A DNA stretch of 64,000 nt from a virus. The stretch is taken from positions 32,001 to 96,000 of the IMG/VR virus record IMGVR_UViG_3300024313_000004; one strand, given 5' to 3'. The position numbers were made by a program, and so were the translations under genes. Below the pieces are notes generated by a model that did not search any database, was not told where the DNA came from, and worked only from the letters and a program-made list of their open reading frames with translations. Within the stretch, counting starts at the first letter, position 1; every line of letters starts with the position of its first letter. This document shows positions 37,205-47,381 of this stretch, piece by piece.

Positions 37205-40200
37205 TTAAAATATTGGTGTTATTGGTTGAAATGGTCCTATGACATCTAATTCACCTATTGGTTCTTGTAAATCTTTTAGTCCTCTTATTTCATAGTTTTT
37301 TCTATCTCTATAAACGGATCCATATCCGTTTTCTGATGTTACTTCTATTGTTATGAACGGATCAATATTGGAATCAATAGTGAAATTAAATGGTGATACT
37401 ATTGGTTCTTTGTGTGATCCTATATCACTTAAAGATATTATCGATTGTGTTACTCCTGTAATTGGTTCGGTTTTTATTTTCCTGTATTCATCAATTGTTT
37501 GTACAGGTTCTAAATCAATTTCTTTCCACTCTGTTATATTTAACCAGTTTTTATCATCACCTTGGTCTAATACTGGTGGTGTGCTATCATATTGAGAACC
37601 TAATCCACTATAAACAAATATTTCATTTTCATATTTTACTATTGTTGTTACGGTATAGTTACTATTTGAATCCCATTCAGATACATCTTCATACCTTCTA
37701 GGACTTTTAACTTTATTATTATCTATTGTTGATATATATAATTTGCCATAGTATGTTACTTTATCACCTTTCTTATAATTTGTAAAGGGTGCCCATTCTT
37801 TATATGTTTTATATGTTCTTATTTTTATTGTAAAAAACTCAGGTAATTTAAGGTTTTCTTTATAGTCGTTGTATGGTTTTGGTGGTGGTACTAATCCAGT
37901 TGGATTTTTATCTGAACCTACACCTTCTAATATAGAATAAAAGTCCAATACACAATTATAAACAGTTGATCCAGTATTAACTGGCATTAGATATACTTCA
38001 TTAAGTTTTGTTGTTATGGGAGTCATATTTTCTTTTATATCTATTATTCTCATATCATGAACTCTATGTGTTATTTGGTTTCCTCCTGTAAAATATGATT
38101 TACCTGTTATGTCTAATATTTTATGTGTTAGTGGTATTATATTTTTCTTTAACCAAAATTTAAGTCCTTGTAGTTTAATAGTTATTTCGTCTATATTATA
38201 TGGTAATAAATTTTTACCTTCTTTATCTGTTATAAAGTAAGTTAAATTCATTAGATTTGTTTCTTCGAATTTTTCATTTGGAAAGGTATGTTTTATGAAA
38301 TCACTTTCATTCCACCCATCCACCGTGTTGTCAAATATATCTGGTATCTCTACTTTAAATAGTTTTGAAAAGTTTTCTGATTTAACATCAATGTTTCTAT
38401 AATACTCATTAAGTTGTAAGTCGTTGTAACCAAAGAAATTTATTGCATTTATTATAGATTTGTATGAACCGATATATGGGTATATAAGATTCTTCATGAA
38501 TAACAATTCTTTCCTTTTTGAATTTAGGAAATTCCAATCTATACCACCTTCGTATATATCATAATCTTTGAATATAAAGATATCATTAACACCTATATTT
38601 TTACCTTGATTACCCAACTCTATTTTAAACCTTGGGTCTTCAATTTCGGTCTGTCCGATAGTGTTGAATCTACCAATTTCTCTATCTATTACCTTAAAAG
38701 TAGTTTTTAGATATGTTATGTCGTTTGCTTTTGGGTAGTTCTCAATAACACTACTTTCTTTTTCGAAATAATCAAGTTGAGTGTTGAAAAAATCCACAAT
38801 TATACTTTTTGTGTACAATTCTTTAATTTTAACAATGTATCCGTTATTTTGTGACGAATATTGATTTTTTGTGTTTGTTACATCCTTTATAGATACACCT
38901 AAGTATTGTCCGACTTTAAGTCCTTTATTAGTAAATGTCTCTTCTGACATTTGGTTTATTTTAATCTTACCTCTTTTATAGTCATTTGATGTAAGTGTTT
39001 CAAATGATACATTAGTATCATTTGTGTTTGTACTAACTATGCTAAATTCAACTTCCTCTTTTTTGTATAGCTGAAGTTGTGATTTATAAGCACCTTCCTC
39101 ATCTGCCTTGAATCCAATAAATAACTCTAATGCACTTGGTTCGGTCGAAATATCATCTTGATCATCTATATAACTAAGTTCGTATTCAACCTTATTGAAT
39201 ATAGTTTGTTGGTATTCTGGTAGATAAACCTTAGAAATATCTCTATTTGGATATTTATTTAATGGAACATCTTTTAATGGTTTTTCTCCTAAGTATGCAT
39301 ATTTTCCTGTGCTTTCTAATTGCTCACCACTCAAATCGTATATAAAAAATTCAGGACTTTGATCATCTATCCATTTCCAATAGTACTTTACCGGAATATC
39401 ACCTTCGAAGTTCTCTCTTGGTTTTCTAACACATTCTAATGCCTTTATCCATATATCACTTGGTTTTATGTAATTTAAATCTAAAGTACCATATTTACCT
39501 TCGTCAATTGAAGATCCAGTTACACTAATTAATTCAATTTCGCTATTTACAGTGGATTGTATTTCATAGATATTTTTAATACCTGGTTGTAGTGTCCATA
39601 CAGATTTTCTTTCGGGATTATATATAATTTTAGTGTTTAGTGCTCCTGAATTTTCGGTATGTATAACATTTCCTGTTCCCGAATCTATAGTTAAAATCTG
39701 ATTAGTTGTCTGTGATGCTAAGTAGACACCACCATCATATTGATTTAGTGTTAAATTACCATAAACTGCTGGAATTTTATCAATGTTTATTGAGTTGTCG
39801 CTTATATTTAATGATTTGAATCTATATGTTTTATCTGAGATATTCATCTCTCCAGTAAGATTGTTATAGATTACATCTACAAACTCACTCATAGTTATAC
39901 CTACGATTGAATATGTAAGTCCGTTGTCGACTCTCCATAATTGAGTATCTGCATAGACATAAATAGATTCGTTAACTGGTTCGTAAAATATCGAAGATTG
40001 TGTTAGTCCTGGTATGTTATATGATTCTTGTATATCTCTTGTTGAACCATTTATTCTTAAAAGAATATCGGCATCGGTTGTTATATACATATCCTTTTCG
40101 AATGAATTGTATACCATTTTCCCAGTTCTTGTATCTGTTGCAGGAGTTATTATTGTTGTCGTTAAAACATTACTACTATCATATATTGATATTATTGGGT

Positions 40201-43200
40201 TGTTTGTGTATGTAATATAAACATCACCATTATCTGGATTTGATACTAAATCTGCAGCATCACTTGCTAATTCAATCGTTTCTATTATGGTATTCATAAC
40301 AGGATCTACTATCCAAACTTTATTTATTGATAGACAATAAAGATAATTGTTATATACATTAAAATCCATCTTTATACTATTACTATTATCTATACCATTC
40401 TCGGTTAGATAAATTGTTGATATATAAACACCGGTATATGCATCAATTACACTTATATTATCACCTAAAACAAACATAGAGTTAGATAGTTGTATATATT
40501 TTAGATCTATTAAATTATCTACACCTGGTAAGTCTAATGTTATATTAGATGATAAGTAATCATTTTGATTGAAAGATACTCCAAACATTTGATCATTATA
40601 TTGTATTGAGTTGAATGGTCCACCTTGACCTGTCGCACCAGTCGCTACTATACAAGTTGTTTGTGAGAATCCCAAATCAAATGCCAATGTTATGAATCCA
40701 GATGACTTACATGGATTAACTTCTGTTCCCCAGAATGGTCCTTGATATGATAGGTTAAGTGCCTTTGGGTCCACACTAAGTAGGTTATATTTTATATCCT
40801 GTAATGGATATTTTGTATTATTTATAGAAACTACACGACCAGTTCCAAAACCTAAATCTTCAAATGATTCTGTTGATAGACTATCTAAAATTATTTCATT
40901 TCCGGTTATTATTACACCAGTATTACCCTTTATTTTATCTGTTATAACATAGTCTGTATGTCCTGGTAATAATAACTTACCTGTTTTTATAGTATAATCA
41001 AGCCTTCTATCTGTTCTTTTAACATCAAATTTTATTAGGTTGTTAATATTATTTACAATTATACCATAACTTTCTAGTGTTAATGAATGATCTAATATCC
41101 ATTGTTCTAAAGTTTTTGGAATATCTGGTATTTTTACTGATGCGGATGCCGAAGTTGCAGAAACGGTTGCACCGGTATTATCCAGGAATGTTCCAAATAT
41201 CGTTTGTGTCTGATATGGAGTGTCATTTATTATAAATGTTATACTAGAACCGATTTCATTAAATAAAACTCTGGAATGCTCTATATGGTAATCTGCGGTT
41301 GTCCCTACTTCGATTCTTGTTATATCTATTGGTATATTTGGATATTCAGACTTTAATACTATTGCATTATAGAATGGTGATGTATAACTACCTAAGTACT
41401 CTACCTCTGCAATTATACCAAGTTCTTTTAGTCTTATATAATATCTTTTTAACCAATTTCTAAGAGTTCTATCTATTGTTCTCTCCATATCAGGTTCTGC
41501 ACCTGAATAAATCCAACTTATTTCTTCATCATAGATATTCTTATTGATGATTACTTTTAATCCAAAATCATCCAAGTCTGTAAAGACTATGTTATATTTA
41601 AAGTTTTCTGAGTAATCATAATTGAGTTCTTGTGTAAGAGTTTCTTTTACTTCAATTAATCTCTCATTTGTCTGTAAGGTATTACCTATTTTATATGAGT
41701 TACAATTATTAACCTCTGTATCATATAAATTCGATAATTGAGAATATTCATTATAAGTCAGTGAACTGGTTGATGTTAAATCATTAGGTTTATTGAATAA
41801 TTCTATTGCTTTATTTATTATAAATTCTTCTCTGTCGCCTAAATTTATTAAACAACTATCTACGATTTCTGTATGATAGAAATTAACATCAATATATCTA
41901 CTAGAGTACATCAAATCGGCCTTTAATATACCTTTGTCCATATACAAATCTACATTAAGTGCTTTAAAATCATCTTTATATTTTTCGGATGCCATTGCTA
42001 ATGTTGTTGAACTACTTTGAGTATATGTCTGTTCAAAATATAACCTATCGGTTGTTAGATAGAATTGTGTATTGTTCAAAACCTCATCATTTAAAGATTG
42101 GTCAACTTTTGTATATGTTGGTTTGCCCCAGTACTCTGGATTTTTATCAGGTGTTATAAACATAGTATTTGGATCTGAATAATCCTGTGTATATGTCATC
42201 TTACATTCGTATATCGAGTTATTGTGTATTACCTGCTCTTCTATTTGATATGAAGTTAGTGATGTGTTATCGGTGAAACTTGGTATTGTGGATACTGAAA
42301 GAAAGTTTTTATTTAGGTTTGAACCCACTATTTTGAATTCTCTGCCAGGTTTTAATATCTTTGGGAAGTCATTTATATTATTAAAATAAATTCTCCCATT
42401 TGTTATATTTATACCACCATCATATATCTTTGGTACATCCGTTCTTGAAATAAGTTCTATAATAAGATTTTTATCTGTTGGTATATCACTTGCATAATAT
42501 TCAAAATGTATTGCATCTGGTATTTGGTTATTTTTAACCGTTATGACACCGTCATTGCTAGTAGAGTTTATAATATTAAGTCTCTTGTCATTATAATATT
42601 TTTCATAAAATAATGTTTCATTCCAATCTGATAGGTTATTTATATAGTTAGAGTCTATATAGTTATATGTTCCAATTAAATTAGAACCTCTTATTATAAT
42701 ATTTTCATAATCACTAGATGTGTAATCGGTATAATATGTAGATTCAAATGTTGCATTATCCAATTCACTTATTATCATGATTGCACCTTTTTTGCTACCA
42801 ATTACGGCATAGGTTTTTTTAAGATCGGTGAATTCTAAAAATTCGGTGTCAAACATTATAAATGTTCCAACTGGAAATAATCTTTCAAAATCGGTTCCGT
42901 ATATCCACTTGGAATAAAAGTTTGGATCGTTATTTACCGGTTCGATTTTAGTAATTGAGAATGTGCCCAGTTTTGCACCATAAAAGTGTACACCTAATTC
43001 ATTAAATAGTTGAAACTTATCAAGTTTCAAATCACCTGGTGTGGAATAGTCAAATGAAGGTAAATATTCCATTGTATAAAGACCAAATGTCTTATAGATA
43101 TCTGAAGAACTTTGATGAAAAAGTAAATCTCCTTCAAATCTATCTACCGTATTGTTATATTTTATATTTAAGTAGTCACCTTCTTTATTAAAGAATACTA

Positions 43201-43219
43201 AGCTTTTATGATTAGACAT
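37205..43219 (-). CDS. Large baseplate/wedge-like structural protein (2004 aa) with beta-propeller and CBM-like repeats
   Basis: YncE-like blade repeats (NPDNGDVYIT, YNSFEKDMYIT, YEPVNESIYV, YNPERKSVWT); WAPFTNYKKGDKVTYYGKLY; YIGSYKSIINAINFFGY. Confidence 0.6.
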   Translation of the reverse strand: MSNHKSLVFFNKEGDYLNIKYNNTVDRFEGDLLFHQSSSDIYKTFGLYTMEYLPSFDYSTPGDLKLDKFQLFNELGVHFYGAKLGTFSITKIEPVNNDPNFYSKWIYGTDFERLFPVGTFIMFDTEFLEFTDLKKTYAVIGSKKGAIMIISELDNATFESTYYTDYTSSDYENIIIRGSNLIGTYNYIDSNYINNLSDWNETLFYEKYYNDKRLNIINSTSNDGVITVKNNQIPDAIHFEYYASDIPTDKNLIIELISRTDVPKIYDGGINITNGRIYFNNINDFPKILKPGREFKIVGSNLNKNFLSVSTIPSFTDNTSLTSYQIEEQVIHNNSIYECKMTYTQDYSDPNTMFITPDKNPEYWGKPTYTKVDQSLNDEVLNNTQFYLTTDRLYFEQTYTQSSSTTLAMASEKYKDDFKALNVDLYMDKGILKADLMYSSRYIDVNFYHTEIVDSCLINLGDREEFIINKAIELFNKPNDLTSTSSLTYNEYSQLSNLYDTEVNNCNSYKIGNTLQTNERLIEVKETLTQELNYDYSENFKYNIVFTDLDDFGLKVIINKNIYDEEISWIYSGAEPDMERTIDRTLRNWLKRYYIRLKELGIIAEVEYLGSYTSPFYNAIVLKSEYPNIPIDITRIEVGTTADYHIEHSRVLFNEIGSSITFIINDTPYQTQTIFGTFLDNTGATVSATSASASVKIPDIPKTLEQWILDHSLTLESYGIIVNNINNLIKFDVKRTDRRLDYTIKTGKLLLPGHTDYVITDKIKGNTGVIITGNEIILDSLSTESFEDLGFGTGRVVSINNTKYPLQDIKYNLLSVDPKALNLSYQGPFWGTEVNPCKSSGFITLAFDLGFSQTTCIVATGATGQGGPFNSIQYNDQMFGVSFNQNDYLSSNITLDLPGVDNLIDLKYIQLSNSMFVLGDNISVIDAYTGVYISTIYLTENGIDNSNSIKMDFNVYNNYLYCLSINKVWIVDPVMNTIIETIELASDAADLVSNPDNGDVYITYTNNPIISIYDSSNVLTTTIITPATDTRTGKMVYNSFEKDMYITTDADILLRINGSTRDIQESYNIPGLTQSSIFYEPVNESIYVYADTQLWRVDNGLTYSIVGITMSEFVDVIYNNLTGEMNISDKTYRFKSLNISDNSINIDKIPAVYGNLTLNQYDGGVYLASQTTNQILTIDSGTGNVIHTENSGALNTKIIYNPERKSVWTLQPGIKNIYEIQSTVNSEIELISVTGSSIDEGKYGTLDLNYIKPSDIWIKALECVRKPRENFEGDIPVKYYWKWIDDQSPEFFIYDLSGEQLESTGKYAYLGEKPLKDVPLNKYPNRDISKVYLPEYQQTIFNKVEYELSYIDDQDDISTEPSALELFIGFKADEEGAYKSQLQLYKKEEVEFSIVSTNTNDTNVSFETLTSNDYKRGKIKINQMSEETFTNKGLKVGQYLGVSIKDVTNTKNQYSSQNNGYIVKIKELYTKSIIVDFFNTQLDYFEKESSVIENYPKANDITYLKTTFKVIDREIGRFNTIGQTEIEDPRFKIELGNQGKNIGVNDIFIFKDYDIYEGGIDWNFLNSKRKELLFMKNLIYPYIGSYKSIINAINFFGYNDLQLNEYYRNIDVKSENFSKLFKVEIPDIFDNTVDGWNESDFIKHTFPNEKFEETNLMNLTYFITDKEGKNLLPYNIDEITIKLQGLKFWLKKNIIPLTHKILDITGKSYFTGGNQITHRVHDMRIIDIKENMTPITTKLNEVYLMPVNTGSTVYNCVLDFYSILEGVGSDKNPTGLVPPPKPYNDYKENLKLPEFFTIKIRTYKTYKEWAPFTNYKKGDKVTYYGKLYISTIDNNKVKSPRRYEDVSEWDSNSNYTVTTIVKYENEIFVYSGLGSQYDSTPPVLDQGDDKNWLNITEWKEIDLEPVQTIDEYRKIKTEPITGVTQSIISLSDIGSHKEPIVSPFNFTIDSNIDPFITIEVTSENGYGSVYRDRKNYEIRGLKDLQEPIGELDVIGPFQPITPIF

Positions 43220-43297
43220 TATATTGAATAGTTTTTGTTATATATTAAAATAGTGGTTCTCGATAATAATATATAGAGTATAAAAATATAAATAACT

Positions 43298-43759
43298 ATG
43301 AGTAAAATTGATAAGATGGAGAAATTCTTAAAAGAAGAGAAGCCTAAAATGGAGAAGGATCTTGAGGTTGGTTTTGATATTGAATCTTTTGAGAAAGAAG
43401 AAGATACGGATACTCTTGGATTTAGATCAGAGTTTGAACCAATCACTAAAGGTAAAGAGAAAGCTCTTAAAAAAGAAATACAAGTAACTACACCAGGATT
43501 AAAGAAGTCTATCAAAAAGTTTGAGGATTTTAAAATCTCTATCTCTGTTGATGAAGTAGTACCAGAAGAAGATGTTGTTATGGGTGGTTTGGCACCTAAT
43601 GAAGAAGAATCTTGTGTTGTTTGTGAATGTAATCCTTGTGAGTGTGGTCAAGAAGAAGGTTGTTCAAATTGTGAATGTAATCCTTGTGAATGTGTATCTA
43701 CATCAGATGATAGTGAAAAGGTTGTCAGATTTGAAGATTTTTTAAAAAGTATAATGTAA
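43298..43759 (+). CDS. Acidic protein with a 10-Cys cluster
   Basis: CVVCECNPCEC-GQEEG-CSNCECNPCEC; two KFEDF/RFEDF motifs. Confidence 0.75.
   Translation: MSKIDKMEKFLKEEKPKMEKDLEVGFDIESFEKEEDTDTLGFRSEFEPITKGKEKALKKEIQVTTPGLKKSIKKFEDFKISISVDEVVPEEDVVMGGLAPNEEESCVVCECNPCECGQEEGCSNCECNPCECVSTSDDSEKVVRFEDFLKSIM
43621..43689 (+). repeat. 21-nt direct repeat, 48-nt period (TTGTGAATGTAATCCTTGTGA)
   Basis: Copies at 43621-43641 and 43669-43689. Confidence 0.9.
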
Positions 43760-43760
43760 T

Positions 43761-44330
43761 ATGAAACATATAAAACAATTTGCGGATTTCTCCGAAGGTT
43801 TAAAGTATCATTTGGTAAATTCTATGCCAATCACTGAAAATGTTTTTAGACCAGGTTCTAAACAATTCTTTTCTATATTGGAAGAAGCTAGAAATCTTTT
43901 TGATGAGGGTGCTTTAGTACTTGAAGGTATTGATAAAGAATTATACGAAAATACTGAGATTGGGTGCTTTGGTACTTTTAATGGTGAAAGAGTCCCTTTA
44001 GATATTCCAATGGAAGTTGAGGAAGAATTGAATGAGGCTGAATATAAAGGTAAAGAAGTAGAACTTAATAAACCTATGAGAAGTTCAGGTCCTAAGAAAT
44101 ATCAAGTTTATGTTAAAAATCCAAAAACTGGTAAAGTTAAAAAGATTTCTTTTGGTGATGTTAAGGGTGGATTGACAGCAAAGGTGAGTGATCCGGATGC
44201 TAGAAAGTCATTTGCCGCACGTCATAAATGCTCTACAAAAAAAGATAAGACTACCGCGGGCTACTGGGCGTGTCGTATAAATCGGTACGGTCACCTTTGG
44301 AATAATAAAACCTATCCAGGTTTCTGGTAA
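43761..44330 (+). CDS. DUF6321-like conserved phage protein
   Basis: KKYQVYVKNPKTGKVKKISFG...RKSFAARHKC...AGYWAC; MKHIKQFADF signal. Confidence 0.65.
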   Translation: MKHIKQFADFSEGLKYHLVNSMPITENVFRPGSKQFFSILEEARNLFDEGALVLEGIDKELYENTEIGCFGTFNGERVPLDIPMEVEEELNEAEYKGKEVELNKPMRSSGPKKYQVYVKNPKTGKVKKISFGDVKGGLTAKVSDPDARKSFAARHKCSTKKDKTTAGYWACRINRYGHLWNNKTYPGFW

Positions 44331-44374
44331 TCTAAGTGAGTTGGATTTCCTTTTCTATTTTTATATAAACATGT

Positions 44375-44635
44375 ATGAAACCATTTCAAGAAACAAAAAT
44401 AAGTGATAATACATTCATCAGAGAGTTTAGTCAAAATACTGATTCTGGAGAAATGACTTGGCATCGTGATAGAGAAAATCGCGTAATAGAATGTATTGGA
44501 GATACTGATTGGATGATACAAATAGATAATGAACTTCCTAAGAAAATTGAAGGTGAGATACTTATACCGATGGGTATTTATCATAGACTTATAAAGGGTA
44601 CTGGTGATTTGAAAATAAAATTATTAAAGTTATAA
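44375..44635 (+). CDS. Small cupin-fold protein
   Basis: WHRDRENR...IPMGIYHRLIKG cupin-like His motifs. Confidence 0.6.
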   Translation: MKPFQETKISDNTFIREFSQNTDSGEMTWHRDRENRVIECIGDTDWMIQIDNELPKKIEGEILIPMGIYHRLIKGTGDLKIKLLKL

Positions 44636-44790
44636 AATTGAAAAAGATTTTAAAGGAAAACTTAATGTTTTTATTAATAATCTAGGAATTGAAGAGCGTG
44701 AAAGGTTTGGGTTAATATCAGATGAGGGTAGATCCTAAATTAAATTACGATTTATATATTGAAGACCGTTCATAAGAGTGGCCTTTATAT

Positions 44791-44940
44791 TTATTTAGCA
44801 TATCTTCTTTCGTATCCTTTAACTTTGTATTTATTTCGACCAATTGGATGTCCGCCTTTATTATAATTTTTATAAACATAACTTCTACTGACACATCCGG
44901 TTAATGTTAAAATTAGTGTAATATATATTATTCTTTTCAT
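44791..44940 (-). CDS. 49-aa lipoprotein (missed by the track)
   Basis: MKRIIYITLILTLTG-C: signal peptide with LTGC lipobox; start overlaps the upstream stop (TAATG). Confidence 0.7.
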   Translation of the reverse strand: MKRIIYITLILTLTGCVSRSYVYKNYNKGGHPIGRNKYKVKGYERRYAK

Positions 44941-45080
44941 TAGTATCTATACTTATACAATATTTCGGTATGTATATTTTGTGGTTTTTTTCTCGTATAG
45001 TAAGTAATACCAAATCTATTTCTGACTTTATACCACTTACCACCAATTATTTTCCTATATGATTTTATATATCTTAACAT
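44940..45080 (-). CDS. 46-aa basic protein (missed by the track)
   Basis: MLRYIKSYRKIIGGKWYKVRNRFG...; ATG immediately follows the gp47 stop. Confidence 0.55.
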   Translation of the reverse strand: MLRYIKSYRKIIGGKWYKVRNRFGITYYTRKKPQNIHTEILYKYRY

Positions 45081-46214
45081 TTAATCAATTTTTGATTTGT
45101 AATTCTCATTATAAATTCTTATTACTTCATCATACTCACTTAATATCCCATCTTTGAAATCAGGGTTCTCATATTTTTGTTTATCTATATATTCTCTAAT
45201 GTAGGTTTCATATTCTAGCTTTATAGATATATCCATAGATTCTTCATCTATCTCTACCGCTTCTGAAATAATATCTTCACCATCCTCATTCTTTTGTACT
45301 ATATCATCTATATATTCAACAGATGTAAAATTACCTTTCTCTAACATCATTTCGAGCTTCCTACGAAGCTTTCTGTTGTTTATAAGTAGATTGTTTGATA
45401 TTGCCAAATCTATGTAGTCCTTTGTGTCTTTAATCTCATCCAATCCATCGATATCCTCTTCTGTTATTACTCTGAACTTTCTGAATACTGGTGATATATT
45501 ATTTGGAAAAAACTCTTCACTATCATCTTCTGTGTTTATCACAAAAATGCCTTTTTGGTCGCCTGTATCATTTCTATCCATTTGAAAAATTGATCCAACA
45601 AATGTAAAACAATCATTTGATTGTACTAAATGAATATGACCAGATCTTACTTTTTTAAAAGATTTAAAGTTTTCAATATCTATCTTATCGTTATTTCTGT
45701 GTGCTGCGGAGTTTAAGTGCATTTTACAACCATTCAAATCTGAGTGACAGAATAAATAATCACAATTTTTATTTTCATCGATTACTTTTATTTGGTCTAA
45801 CCTTTTCTCTATATATGGCATCATTAAAATATCCAAATTATTGAATTTTAATATTTTTGGGGAGTCATATATCTTTACATTTGGTATGTATTTGAAAGGT
45901 CTTATTGAATTTATTTCGGATGCACTTTTTGAGTACAAATCATGATTTCCTATTATTATATGAAGAGGTGCTATTTTTGATATTTCCTCAACTATATCCA
46001 TACCATAGTTTAATAGGTTTATAGGTATGATATTTCTATTGTCAAATAAATCACCTAAGTGTATGATTATATCACCTTCTTTTACTTCTCTTTTAAGAAG
46101 AGGTATTAGAAAATCTCTAAAATATTCTATATGTACTTTGTGCCATTTATCTGTAGTGTTTGGATAGCCTAACCCTATATGGGTATCTCCAATTAAAAAT
46201 ATTTTTTTACTCAT
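45081..46214 (-). CDS. Recombination endonuclease subunit (T4 gp47/SbcD/Mre11-like metallophosphoesterase)
   Basis: GDTHIG, LGDLFD, IGNHD, FCH, SGHIH motifs. Confidence 0.92.
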   Translation of the reverse strand: MSKKIFLIGDTHIGLGYPNTTDKWHKVHIEYFRDFLIPLLKREVKEGDIIIHLGDLFDNRNIIPINLLNYGMDIVEEISKIAPLHIIIGNHDLYSKSASEINSIRPFKYIPNVKIYDSPKILKFNNLDILMMPYIEKRLDQIKVIDENKNCDYLFCHSDLNGCKMHLNSAAHRNNDKIDIENFKSFKKVRSGHIHLVQSNDCFTFVGSIFQMDRNDTGDQKGIFVINTEDDSEEFFPNNISPVFRKFRVITEEDIDGLDEIKDTKDYIDLAISNNLLINNRKLRRKLEMMLEKGNFTSVEYIDDIVQKNEDGEDIISEAVEIDEESMDISIKLEYETYIREYIDKQKYENPDFKDGILSEYDEVIRIYNENYKSKID

Positions 46215-46352
46215 GTGTAAGGGATAGATATTTTTTTAATTATAAATATATAATGTTATATTAAAAAATGAGAGATAGTTGTGAATTATGATATATATCT
46301 TTGAGTGATTGGTTTAGGATATTGAAAATGGAAAAAAATTGTTTTTTAAATA

Positions 46353-46420
46353 TAATATATACATTATAGTAAAATCCTTTTGAAAACAGAAGGTAAAAAA
46401 ATATTAATATATACATTATA
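46353..46420 (+). promoter_or_regulatory. Tandem late-promoter-like elements upstream of the tail tube gene
   Basis: TAATATATACATTATA repeated at 46353 and 46405. Confidence 0.6.
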
Positions 46421-46455
46421 ATTGTTAAGCAATTACATAAAAATAAATAAAAAAT

Positions 46456-47076
46456 ATGCCATTACCACACTATACGCAGATTTCAAATGTTGGTTCACCA
46501 GGTGGACCAGGTACATTACCAGATGAGGTTGTATACACTAACCTTTTTGAGGTTACTTTTGTATTACCAACTATTCTTCAAGCACAAAAGAGAGATGCTC
46601 TTTTATTGTTAGAAAATGCAACAAAGATAAGTTTAAACTTAACAGAGCATGATGTTGCAGAGAAGGTTCAGAGATTTAAATACTCAACTAGAGCATTCTA
46701 TGCCACTCCTACAAAGACTCATGGTAACTTAACAATTCCTTTTCAGGTTAACGTTAATAACAATGGTTCTATGGAGGTTTGGAATACTTTGAAAGCTTGG
46801 TATGATTTACTTTTCAACTCTCAAAATGGATCTCTTCACTACAAAAGTGATTTGATTGGTACTATTATTGTTAATCAACATGATAAAAAGGGTGTTGTGT
46901 TAAGACGTGTTACTTTCCAAAACTGTCAGCTTTTTAAAGTTGCTGGTTATGATCTTGATTGGGCATCTAATGGTATCATTGAGAATGTTTCTGCCGAATT
47001 TGTTTATGATTATTTCATTGATGAATATATCGATTCGGGATTCTCTATCAATCCACCACTTGCGTCTGGATATTAA
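46456..47076 (+). CDS. Tail tube protein (gp19-like)
   Basis: NLFEVTF, WNTLKAW, YKSDLIGTIIVNQHDKKG, LDWAS, FVYDY. Confidence 0.82.
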   Translation: MPLPHYTQISNVGSPGGPGTLPDEVVYTNLFEVTFVLPTILQAQKRDALLLLENATKISLNLTEHDVAEKVQRFKYSTRAFYATPTKTHGNLTIPFQVNVNNNGSMEVWNTLKAWYDLLFNSQNGSLHYKSDLIGTIIVNQHDKKGVVLRRVTFQNCQLFKVAGYDLDWASNGIIENVSAEFVYDYFIDEYIDSGFSINPPLASGY

Positions 47077-47092
47077 TATTGATATTAAAAAT

Positions 47093-47120
47093 AAAAAACC
47101 CACTTTTGGTGGGTTTTTTT
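47093..47120. terminator. Bidirectional intrinsic terminator
   Basis: AAAAAACCCAC-TTTTG-GTGGGTTTTTT. Confidence 0.85.
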
Positions 47121-47126
47121 TTTATT

Positions 47127-47381
47127 TTAAAATTTTGGCATACTCATATTATTTGTAATGTTTGATGCGTTTTTCATCATTGAATTTGTATCAGGCATTG
47201 ATTGTTGTTGATCATCCTCATCTTTCTTCCTTTGATTATCCTCCTCTTCAACAATTTCATTGACAATCTTAATATTCTCTTCGAACATCCAAAAGGGCCA
47301 TTCATTCATTGAAACTTCCTGAGTGTGAAAATGTTTTTGAAGCATTAATTTATTTTTCAATATATGCTTCAAAGGCATCAT
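47127..47381 (-). CDS. gp51-like small hub/tail assembly protein overlapping the upstream chaperone gene
   Basis: KNKLMLQKHFHTQEVSMNEWPFWMF resembles the gp51 C-terminal motif; start uncertain (47381 or 47345) or reached by frameshift. Confidence 0.55.
   Translation of the reverse strand: MMPLKHILKNKLMLQKHFHTQEVSMNEWPFWMFEENIKIVNEIVEEEDNQRKKDEDDQQQSMPDTNSMMKNASNITNNMSMPKF

Noticed and set aside
44636-44738. Start-less 36-codon frame after the cupin gene
   Set aside because: No start codon and no recognisable motif; it could be chance or an unidentifiable relic.
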